Shown piece after piece: positions 47,521-58,700 of a DNA stretch of 64,000 bases. The notes beneath the pieces were generated by a model. The model saw only the letters and a list, made by a program, of their open reading frames with translations. It was not told where the DNA came from and searched no databases. Position 1 is the stretch's first letter; the number at the start of each line of letters is the position of its first letter. Source of the stretch: Paragordius varius. Its lineage: Eukaryota; Animalia; Nematomorpha. The translations under genes were made by a program, and so were the position numbers. Where the stretch lies: positions 12,152,001-12,216,000 of the forward strand of contig OZ176052.1 in NCBI GenBank assembly GCA_964247055.1, given 5' to 3'.

Positions 47521-48619
47521 TTGTGGTAAGTGTTGTTGATTTTTGGAAAGTATGGATAATTTTAGGAGAGTATGCTTGATTGTAAAATATGCTTTTGGTT
47601 TGATTAGGAACTACACGCAACGTGATTATAAGGTAGCTTACCCCTGACTTAAATATACACCTACTGTTTTTATAATTCATTTAACATTATCTAAGCATCC
47701 TATTATGTATTTGATAAAAATATTTTTTCCAGTTTTTACGTTTCTGTCCTAAATTCAGATAACTCTCCAACACGATTGAAACAAACAGCTATTAATAAAA
47801 TCTATAATTATCAAAAATTTACTGGTAAATAATGTTAAAAACTTTTCAAAGTTAATATATATATTTTTAACCATAATATAAGTCTGCCTGCTGTATTCAC
47901 GATTTAAAAAAATCAACAAAAAATATGGCAGTAAAAATGTTTGGAGGTTTACAATTTTACCTATATTAAAAAATCGTAGCATGCGCCTAAAAGGCTAAAG
48001 AAAGCATGTTTTTAGGCCCGATGCTAAAAATGTTTTAATGTTTTTTAAGAATTAAATTTAAATGACCGGGTATTAAACTATACAAAAGGGTCATGAAGTG
48101 TTAAGATACACAATCTATTTTAAAGGATTTTGGGTAGGCAATAAAATGCGATACACAATTTTTAGGTTTTAATTATGTCGTCCATGATATGAATAAAAAA
48201 ATGAACTTTTTACAAAAATTATATAGATGGTTCTTGATTAAAGAAATATATAGAATGGCATAAAAATTGAAATTCTAAAAAAATTTACTTTAAATCTCAA
48301 TATTATTGGTCATTTATTCAGTTAAAGTAAATATAATTGGGCTTAATCAAAAAATGGATCCATTATTTTTGAATATAAAAAAATTATTATTTTTTTTAAA
48401 AAAGCACCAAATTTTATCGTTTTTAAATGTCGCATCACATAACAACCTATGCAGATTTTGTAAAACTAAATTTTCTATTATACATATTATTTTTTAGTTA
48501 ATGCCTTATATAATTTAAAACTGTAATTTAATAAATTATGCAAAGTCAACAATAAATTTATATTTAATAGGGAGAAGAAAAAATATAAGAAGGAATAATT
48601 ATTTGGTCTAAAAAAAGAG

Positions 48620-49109
48620 TTAATCATGTTTGGAGGTATCATTTAAACTTTGTAAACAATTTTTCATGCCAGATATAATCTGAGTATGCAGTGAATTTTG
48701 GACATTTAAAAGGTTTGTAAATGAATTATAAGTATTGACTAAGGTTATTATCGACAATAAACTTGAATTATCATTTTTTTCTGCCATTGAATTGAGATTC
48801 ATGCTAATTAAATTCGGAAACTTTGAATTTATACATTCGTTTTTCATATTTATCTCAAATTATATAATATAATACCAAAATATATTCCAATTCATCAATA
48901 TTATTATTAACACTTACAGTGCTAACATTATTAACACTTTGATCCGATAAACAACTAAAAATTAAAATATTTTTACTAATTTTCAATTTCAACATTAATC
49001 TGATCAAATAATTTCTACATATTTAACAATATATTACTGTAAGGTTTTGTTGAAGTTCTGCAACTTTGTTTTTAAAACTTCCATGCAATTGAGCCATGTC
49101 TACATTCAT
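48620..49109 (-). CDS. Unknown small protein (about 140 aa, possibly coiled-coil) with three mini-introns; 5' end uncertain
   Basis: Three GT-AG introns (49015-49037, 48955-48976, 48854-48875; 23/22/22 nt) join MNVDMAQLHGSFKNKVAELQQNLT|KLFDQINVEIENY|CLSDQS...ELEYIL|INMKNEC...SKHD* in one frame. Confidence 0.6.
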
Positions 49110-49614
49110 AAACTAATATGTATAAAAGCATTTTTCCAAGCGCTCTTAAATATACGGCTAGAATCTACTAGTTTCGATCAATTTTTTAAACGATAAGAAA
49201 GTATCATAATTATAATATTCAGGTAACAGATTTTTAATTGTTTGATCCGCGTATTAAGGAACTTTATTAGCTGGGACACTTCGTTTATTCTAAGAAATTT
49301 ACTTCTTAATACGGTTTTTATGCTTAACGTTATAATGAATTTTTATTTTGTTCATCATAGAATTATTTACATAAATTAACTGAATTTTATTTAAATCTTA
49401 TTTGCCTAGAATATTTTTAATTCTTTCTATTTAAGAATAATAATATGAATCCGAAACCAAATGTTTTTTTTGTCATGTATGTTGCCATAAAAATCCAGAA
49501 CCTAAATTTGTATTAATATAATTAGGTATTAAACAAACTAACTGTTTTAAAAGTCTAAAGCTTGTTATTGGCAATCGGCCGAAATTTTCCGTTAAACAAT
49601 TTATTTATTGCTCA

Positions 49615-52612
49615 ATGATGGTTAATAATTCTGTGACTGAATCCTTGTTTGGAAAGGGCCAGATAAAAAATGACTCTTTCAAGGTACTTCATCATCATGC
49701 CCAACCTTTAAAAAAAGAAAAAAGTCCGGAATATATTCCTGATACCGATTCATATGAAGTTTTTATTGGAAACATCCCTTTAACAGCTAAAAGACAAGTG
49801 TAATTTTATGTTTATGTAGGCTTTCAAAAAATTTCTGCAACAATATGGCAATGTGACGAGTGTCCGGTTTAGGTCGTTACCTCTTTCGCAAGATGAAACC
49901 TTTCAAAAGTTGTATCCACACAAAGTAGCTGCCAAGCTATTTAACAATAGCAGCAAAAGGTATAATTCGTTATTTTTTAAAGAGAATCCAATTAGGTTTT
50001 GTTCAGAATGGATTGTTAATATTTATTAATACTTCTTTACCTTTTTCACTTTTTGTCCTAGTTTACATATTGGGTGGTGTAGTTTTATATCCCATACCTC
50101 AGCTTTGCATATAAATTTACATTTTTGAAACTTAATTTAGTTAGAATTAAATTATCAAACATCTTTTTTATGTATTCGATGAAAAAAATTAGATTTTTTA
50201 CAGTTTTATATTTTCTAGAGTTAAAAATTGGGCAGCTTTAAAACACAATTGAAACGAAATAAAAGCTGATATTAAAATTAAATATAAACTTTTTGCTGGT
50301 AAAATATAGCCTAAAAGCTTCATAAAATTAATTACCTACATTTTCAAATTATAATATACATTTATTTGCCTGTTGAAAGCGATTTAAAAATTTATGGGAA
50401 AAATGGCGACAAATAAGTTTGAGATGAATTTTTACATTTTTTTGAAAAAATTATTGTATAATTATCCTAAAAAATTAAGGAAAGCATATTTTTAAATTCG
50501 GCTTAATACCTTGAATATTTTTCCAATATTCAAATTTAAAATGGCTCTGGGATATAAAACTACCCCAAAATGTAATGAAACATGTAGATTAAAATTTACA
50601 ATATAAAAATGGAAACCAAGCACTTATTTTAATTTATTTTTTAAAAAAAGGATGAATATATGAAAAAAATATGCCACTGTATATAATGATTTTATAAATA
50701 TTGGTCATACATTAAGTCGATAATAATAAATTACTTATTGTTATGGATTTTTTTGTTTATCGGCATAAAAACGCCATTAGAACTTATAAAGGCTTTTATT
50801 ACATATGTATTTAATAAATATATTTCTATATAGTAAATTTATTTAAATGGTTGGGTGTATCTTTAATATTTATTACATAATTTTTGCATATTATTTTTAC
50901 GTCAATAGTTTCTTATTTTTCCAATATATAAAATTTATTGTAATTTTTTGTTTTGATGGCAGTCATGACGTGTTTGATAAATCGCGGACCAGTAAAAATT
51001 GTTATGCCAAATTTGAAACAGAAGAAAGTGCTTTAGATTGCGTCTCTAAACTCAATGGATTTTATTATCAAAATAGTCATCATTTGCGTGTTAATATGGT
51101 TAACAACGATTCTAAAAAACAGTTATCCGCCAAAACTAACAAGTATTTATATTTATATATATATAAATTTTTTTTAACCCCTTTATTTTTGGTTACTTTG
51201 AAAGTGTTTTGGTGAATATTATGTGTTTTAATATTTTTTTTAATAAATTAAAGATATTTTAATCATTGGAAAAGTACAATCATTTTATTTTAAATTATTT
51301 AATGGTAAAAACTGGAAAATGCCTACCTTAAACATGTTAAAAAAAATAATTATTATGTCAAAATTATTTTAAAATATATATCCAGACATTAGGATAATTG
51401 AGAGTTAATATCAAACATCACCATATCCATTTGATTATGAATTACTAAAACATAAATCACAATCCATTTCCATTGGCTTACTTAAATTTTATTAAACAAT
51501 CTTTTGGCATAAAATATTTAATATGGAATGTAAAAGAATTACATTACAAAATTAATTTTAAAGTTAATAATATATTTTTTGCGCGCATTAAACTAACAAT
51601 TGGAAATTATTTTTTTAGAGATTTTACAAATAAATTTTTTTTGGACTCTGTTTATATGAATATTTATATTAAGAAAGATCTCTTGAATAAATCTGAGGAA
51701 TATTATTTTGTCAACGTTTTAAACATTTTAGCTGATAATGGCATTTATCCAACTCATTAGGATATTTATATAAAAAAATAAATTCTGAAAAATTTTTAGA
51801 AACAATTTTACAGCAATTTTCTAAAAGCCCTATAATCTTCGGCCTTTTTGAATTATATTTATGAAAGCGCTAGTTAAAATAGTTGTTTACTTCTTAATTT
51901 AAAAATTTTGCTATATTACCAAACAAATATTTACTATTTAGCGTCGAATCTTTTTTTTATGCGAACGTTTTTGTTGAATTGACACTTAAAGTTAAAAGGC
52001 GTATGTATTCGCAGAAGAATTATTCATGTGTATCAGTCACTATATAAATTAAACACGTGCAAGCAGGATTAATAAAACTTGCATTAAAATTTAAAAGGTG
52101 AAAATGCTTTATTATCGTTAGAATAGCTAAATATCTAAACATTTGTTGTTTACCGTATGCCAACCAATAATAGTTAACAATATATATAACTAATTAAGTT
52201 TAATTTGTTGTCAATAGTGTGCGCATAAAATCGTTTTCTCTATTCATCTAATCATTTTAGAACCGGATCAATTAGTCAAAAATTTGATCGAAAACGTTCA
52301 ATATTCATTGGCAATTTGCCTGTTCACAAATGCGAAGATGAAGATTTATGGGAGCTTTTTCAAAAAAAGTTAGGGTTAGATGTTGAAAGTGTGCGTGTAG
52401 TGAGATGCAAAGACGCTATAACAGGCACAGGGTGTGGTTTTATTCTGTTTAAAGATCAAAACTCAGTAAACCTTGCACTTCAACATGATCAAAAGAAAAA
52501 GATAAATGGCAGAGTTATACGTATCAAAAAATGTTTCAAGAAACCAAAAGTCAAGTCAAACAACAAAACAGGCACAAAAATAATTAGAAATAAAAAACGT
52601 TTCAATAAATAA
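49615..52612 (+). CDS. RBM34: Two-RRM nucleolar protein, RBM34/Nop12 family, 4 exons
   Basis: EVFIGNIPLTAKRQ|AFKKFLQQYGNVTSVRFRSL...KNCYAKF...LNG...HHLRV...DRKRSIFIGNLP...VESVRVVR...TGTGCGFILF and a basic tail. Exons 49615-49797, 49820-about 49960, about 50963-51142, 52261-52612. Confidence 0.85.
50065..50578. mobile_element. MITE family D, copy 1 (RBM34 intron)
   Basis: TIR about TAC(A/C)TTTTGGGGTAGTTTTATATCCCAGAGCCATTTT; interior homologous (reverse complement) to 60977-61460. Confidence 0.7.
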
Positions 52613-52742
52613 TTTATTATTTTATGTACGATGATTTGTGTCGCGCGCTATAAATTAAAAATTTATACATAATTCACAAATTTAGTGTAATATCGTTTTT
52701 GTATATAATTATTGCCCCTCCAAATCCCTGCTTTAAAGATTT

Positions 52743-55700
52743 TCAATCATTTTTATAGTAGGGAGAAGGTTTTGAAGTTAAGGTAAAATCATTGTGCCAT
52801 CCCATTTCCTGATTATTGGTGGTGTTTTGAGCATTTTCTTCATTACCTGTACCTTGGAGCAAAATATCATTGACAGAATTATTATATTGTGGATAATATA
52901 TCCCAGAAGCAGCACCACCACCAAATGATAGTCTATATTTATTAAAAATTAAAATTTAAAAGTGAAATACATTGGTTTAAAAAAAGTATTAAAAACTAAC
53001 ATCCAATACAATGTTAACCGTATTTGCATTAATTAATTTTGTATATTAGGTTGCGATAAAAAAGTAATATATTATTAAGCTGTCTGTAAATCAAAAATTA
53101 TTTAAACTAAAAACAATTGCAATTTCATGATAAAAATCTAATGCTTACTGTTGTTCATCCTGAATCAACGTTGTCATTTGTTGTGGCAACAATGTTGCAC
53201 CATTTGTATTACCGGTAATGGGATTTGATGGTGGAATGTCAAATTTTGAGGGAGTTTTAGGCAAACTTTCTTCCTCCAGAAATTTAATAAATAATTTTCC
53301 CAATCCCTAGTTAACAAGTTTTACGGTAAAAAAATAAATATTATTCAAACAAAAAATTATTTTAAAAAATATAACCAACTAAATGTAATATCGTTTGGAT
53401 TGCAAAATAAGAAATAGCGATATAACTTGGTATTACATTCACTATATCATATTTATTATAAAGATTCAAAAAAGTATTCAAAACTTTAATTGGAATTATA
53501 TAAAAACCCGATTTTTTATTAGTGCTAGTAATCTTTGTGGAACGTTAAAATAAAAGATATATAAAATTACTTTTAATTTTTACTGTAATCATTTTTATAA
53601 GAAATGAAAATATAACCTGGCCCTCCACCTCATTGGAATGTGTCGCGTTCGGAGCCGGAGAGCTAAAAAATAAATTGCCCAAAGTCCATTTTGAGAGTGT
53701 TGAAGAATTTTGATTGCCCTAAAGACTCTTAATTAATTTGACTTACTAATTTTTCAATTTCCAAATGTGTAAAATTTAAGACTTTTCCCAACAAAAATCC
53801 GATTTCGATTCGTTGTTGATCAGTCGGTGCCGTAAGGTATTTCATGAATAAATTCTTTATAATATCCCTGTATAATATTACAACGCTAAATTTACTTTTC
53901 AACGTGATTCTTTTCTTTTTCTTGCATAAGGATAATTTTATTTCCAACATCTTGCAACATATTCTCTTTTTCGATAACTGTGTAAAAAATAGTATAAATA
54001 TGTAATCATCAAAATTATCGTTCACTAAATTTGTAATACCTAGCGTAGCTTGCCTTATTTAATCTTGAAATGTTTAAACTGAAGTTTCAGAGCAAAATTT
54101 TTAAACTTAAATATAAACTTGATTTAATTGTTTTATTTTACTGGGAAATAATCCCCTTTACTTTTCTATTCTCAAAACAAAATTGCCAAAATCGTATTTC
54201 TATATGCGACCGTGTCTTAAACATAATTCTGAGAGCTCTTATTTAATGTTACAAAGAAAAGGACAGAAAACTATTTTATAATAAATAGTAAACCCAACTA
54301 TTTTAAAGTTTAAATCACAATCTTTGTATCAAAAGCATACTAAATATAATCCCTGTAAATCGACGTTCTGTTGTATACGTTGCTAGAGCATTTAATCAGG
54401 AACTGAGATATTTTAAGCAAGATGGATTCTCCGCATATGCAACTCAGTACCTGATGTAATACTCAAGCCAAATATAAAAATGTCATATCAATTTTAATAA
54501 AAAATAATCAGATAGATGCAATATAAATTAAAATTTTTAAGACAAAATATAGAAAAATATGCATTTTTTGTTGAAGAATTATAATTTTATTGTATATAAT
54601 TTTTTTCATATCTTTTTACAGAAAGTAGTATTTCGGGAATTAGTTTATATACTTGTTGCGCGCATTTGATTTAAGGCATGTTCCCGTTCAGCCAATCGTT
54701 GATTTAGAAAAGGAAATGATTGGGCCATCGTCCCAAGTTTTTTCAATTCATTCTGTGTGCAAAAAATTAAAATATTTTTCAAGACCATAATTATTTTAGT
54801 GTAATTATCTTAAAACACAAATATTTTTTTCCAATATAGTTTAAAAAATTATAAAAAAATATATAAAACAATACGTGAGCATCTACTAATTGTGTTTGTA
54901 GGGATTTAATTTCTTGTTCTTTTGCGGACAATGTATCACGCATTACATTTAATTCGAAGGATTCCACTTTTTCTTTTTCTGTTAGAAAGAAAAAATAATT
55001 TAACCCTAAAATAAAATCAAGGCATAAACATTTTTAAATAAAAAGCCGCTTAAATGGATAAATTATTTTAAATACACCTAAATTTGTTATATACGGGTAC
55101 TAAACTCCATATATAAAACCTAATATTTAGCAACTGGTGATGATAAAATTAACATTTTTTAAAAAAAATTACATAGTCAGTGCTAAATATAAGGACAAAA
55201 CTTAATTTTTTAAATTGCGACCAAAGAAAAGACATTTAAACATATAAAATGATCAGTTACAATTACCCTTTTGCATGCGTTGCAAAACGTGTTCCATATC
55301 ATGAACCTTTTTGATTTCAGATTCATTTAGCTTTTCCAATTCTTGGCATCTGAGCTTATGTTTGTCCGTTTCAGTCTCAATTTCATTCAATTTTACCGTT
55401 AGGGCCAAATATTTTTCTTGTGATTCTTTTATTTCATTCTATAGGAATCAAATACCATTTACAATTCAAATTCACCCTTAAACAATTCAAATCCAACCTT
55501 AACAATTCAAATTCACCCTAAAAATAAATTAAGTGTTTTTGGGATAAAATAGCTTAACATTGATATGAAATAAATTTTTACTATATAATTTATTATTTTT
55601 CCAGCATTATATTAATCATAAACAAAATTTCATATTTTAAAAATATAAAAAAATAAAGGTAATTTTTAATCTTAAAAAACACATTATTTATTTTAGAGTG

Positions 55701-58700
55701 AATTTGAATTGTTCTAGGGTAAATTTGAATTGTTCGAGGGTAAATTTGAACTGTAAATGGTATATTAAAAAAACTTGAAATTGTTCAATGCGAGTATGCG
55801 CACGGGTAAGTTCATCAGTCAATGTATTGTATTTCTCTTTTTCACCCAATATTTCGGCGTCATGAGACGTTTCCATTTCAACCAAATGTGACTTTAATCG
55901 TTCCATTTCTTTCGACATTTTTTCATTTTTGTCCGACAGCACGGCATATTTTTCTTTCAAACGCTCATGTTCAGAATTTGACAGCACAATGGCATCATCA
56001 GTCTATATGACAATTAGTATAAGTATGTAAAAATTTGGTAATCTCCAAGGAAATTTTTAACTACTTCGAATGACAAATTAAAGGATTGGTGTCAAATATA
56101 TTAATAGTTTTGTAAACATAAGCAGTTCATATGTTTTTCAGGCAAATATTTCTTATTTAAGTTAGTATTTAACCCATTAATATTTTTTCTGAGTACAAAA
56201 ATGCCCCAAAGTGGATATATTAAGATTAATTTCGCAATAAAAAATGGTCTATGCGAAAAATCTTAAATTCTAAACCTGACACGAATTTTCTCCACACTCT
56301 TTTGGTGTTTCGCGATTGGTTTGGATTAAATTTATTTCTTCTTGTAACATCAAAATTTGATTGCTAGTTTGAGCCAGATGTTCTTCCTTTTCAGCAATTT
56401 CCATTGCTTTAGAAACAACCAAAGCCTCATACTTTTTGTGAAGTTCGGCATTTTGATCAAAAAGCAATCTAAACTTTTCACCTTGTTCCAAATTTTCCTA
56501 TGATGAAAAGTAATTATTTTTTATTAAATACTTCCGTATATAATATTATTGGTTAAGTTAGTGGAGTGTATTTTGCTTTTTTTGCTTTTAGCTCATAATT
56601 AATCTTTATAAAAGCTATCTGGCAAACTTAATGAAACACAAACCTTATATTTTAAATCGATAACAGATAAAAATAAACAGTTTGAGCTAAAAATATAGTC
56701 AAAACCTTAATTTGGTTGCAAATCTTTTCCTCTTTGGCTTCTATTTCGGTTTGCAAAGTTTTTATCGTTGTATCTAAAAATAAAAAACAAAACATATATT
56801 TTAATCTCAAACGTAATTAATATATTGTGTATGTTACCAATTTACATTTTTTTTACATTTCGCCAGCCAAAACATTAGGTATAATTAAAAATTTTAGCTT
56901 CAATAATGGTTTTCTTTATAAAAAGGCGTATTTTACATTCCATGATTTGTTAATAATTCTAATTTTTAATTTTAAAATTTACCATATTCCACCTTTAAGT
57001 TGGCACAATGAGTTTCCAGTCCGGATCTTTCTCGCGATAATTCACAGTTTTCAAAAGTTATAGATTCCAGGGCGCTAGTCAATCGATAAACTTCATTATT
57101 TAGTTCATCACATTTAGATTTGCTGTCCATCGTTAAAGCAGCAAATTTCTCTTCAAAATTGGCTAAAAAATTTATTACAATGCCAAAAAATACTTGAATC
57201 CTGTTCCTTTAACGTTAATACATGTTGCAATTCATTGTTGGCGTGTAGGGCATTAGTTAGGTCCGTGGAAATTGTCATTTTTTCATTTTCTAAAGTTTTA
57301 ATTTGTTGTGATAATGTGAGTATTGTATCATTGGCTTTGGATAAATTTGTCTGCATTTCATCCAATTGTGAGACAAGGACATCAGTTTTCTTTTGAAACT
57401 CCAATTCGTGCAAAACATTAGTTTCCATATCCAAATTTTTGCAACTTTCTAACTGTGAGTTTAAGGCCAATATTTCTGCGTCTTTATTCGTTATAAGTTT
57501 TCCAAATCGTTCCAATTCGGCGTTTAAATGTGTAATTTGACCAAGTAAATCGTGGTTAATTTTTTCTAAATTTGATACATGCTCATTGGTTACATCTGTT
57601 TGAAGTAAGTCCTTTGCAACGTTTTCGTTTTTTAATCGTTCACTTTCATAATCGGTTTGTAGGGCGCGTAAGGATTCAGCAAGTTTTACCATTTCTAGGT
57701 TTTTGCTTTCTAAATCGGTCAAAGCCTGCTTTAATTTATGGCTTTCATCGTTGTATTTGGATTGAATTTGTTCCAATTGTTGAGTCATATCCGTAACTTG
57801 TTTTTCCTTTGTTTTGAGTTGCTCTTCATAGTTTTCCGAGGCAGTAGTATAATTCTTATTCAACTCATCGTTCTGTGCCTTAACGCTTGAAAGTTGAGTC
57901 TGCAATTCTGCCAATTGTTTTTGCACATTTTTTGAATTTTGATCATTTTCTTCATTTAAGTCTTGGATGATGTCTTTAAGACTTTGTACTTCAGACTTGT
58001 AAGCTGAAATTTCTCTTAACCATTCTTCTTCACGAGCAATGTCAGGGAATCTAATGACGAAAAAACAATAAATTCAAAAAGGTTGTAAAAAAACAAATTT
58101 ATGCGCCACTACTAAATCATGAAAATATCATCACCAAAAAAATTACAAAACAGATTATATCAATTAAAAATATAATTTTTGTTTTGTTAATGTTTCCATA
58201 CCAAATTTTAAATATATTTCGCTTAAAATGTTGTTTTACAAAATGGACACCTTAACACGCGGTTATTTAAAAAAGACTTGTTTAAAGATATCCAATATTG
58301 AGTAATATACCAATTTTTGCATATCAACTTCATATAACCCTAAATAATTTAAATCTAGTTGTTTTTGACTTACAATGATTATTATTGTCGCATTCTGTAT
58401 TTTACTAAAATATTTAAACATATATATATATATATATATATAAAATTGAATATTCACGTTGATTCAAGGCGATCTCGAAGATCATTATTTTCATCCTCTA
58501 GAAGGGTAATTTCATCCTCGGCTTCAAGCAGTTTGGCTTTAACAGTATCTAATTCGGCCTGTGCATTTATATCTAATCCATAAATTTAATTTTTAACATT
58601 TATTCAAAGTTTTTGAACTACTGTAAAATCAGACAAATAATTTTGAGACAACTTAACGGCTATTTAACAAAAGATAAAAATATAAATGTACTACCCATTA

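Noticed and set aside
47530-47800. SECIS element downstream of the UGA-rich array frame
   Set aside because: A GTGA...TGA pair exists near 47622-47650, but there is no proper helix II or apical AA geometry by eye.
54300-54460. Short plus-strand open frame (RRSVVYVARAFNQELRYFKQDGF) inside TRIP11
   Set aside because: No start, splice context or recognisable family; it could not be fitted as a TRIP11 exon either.
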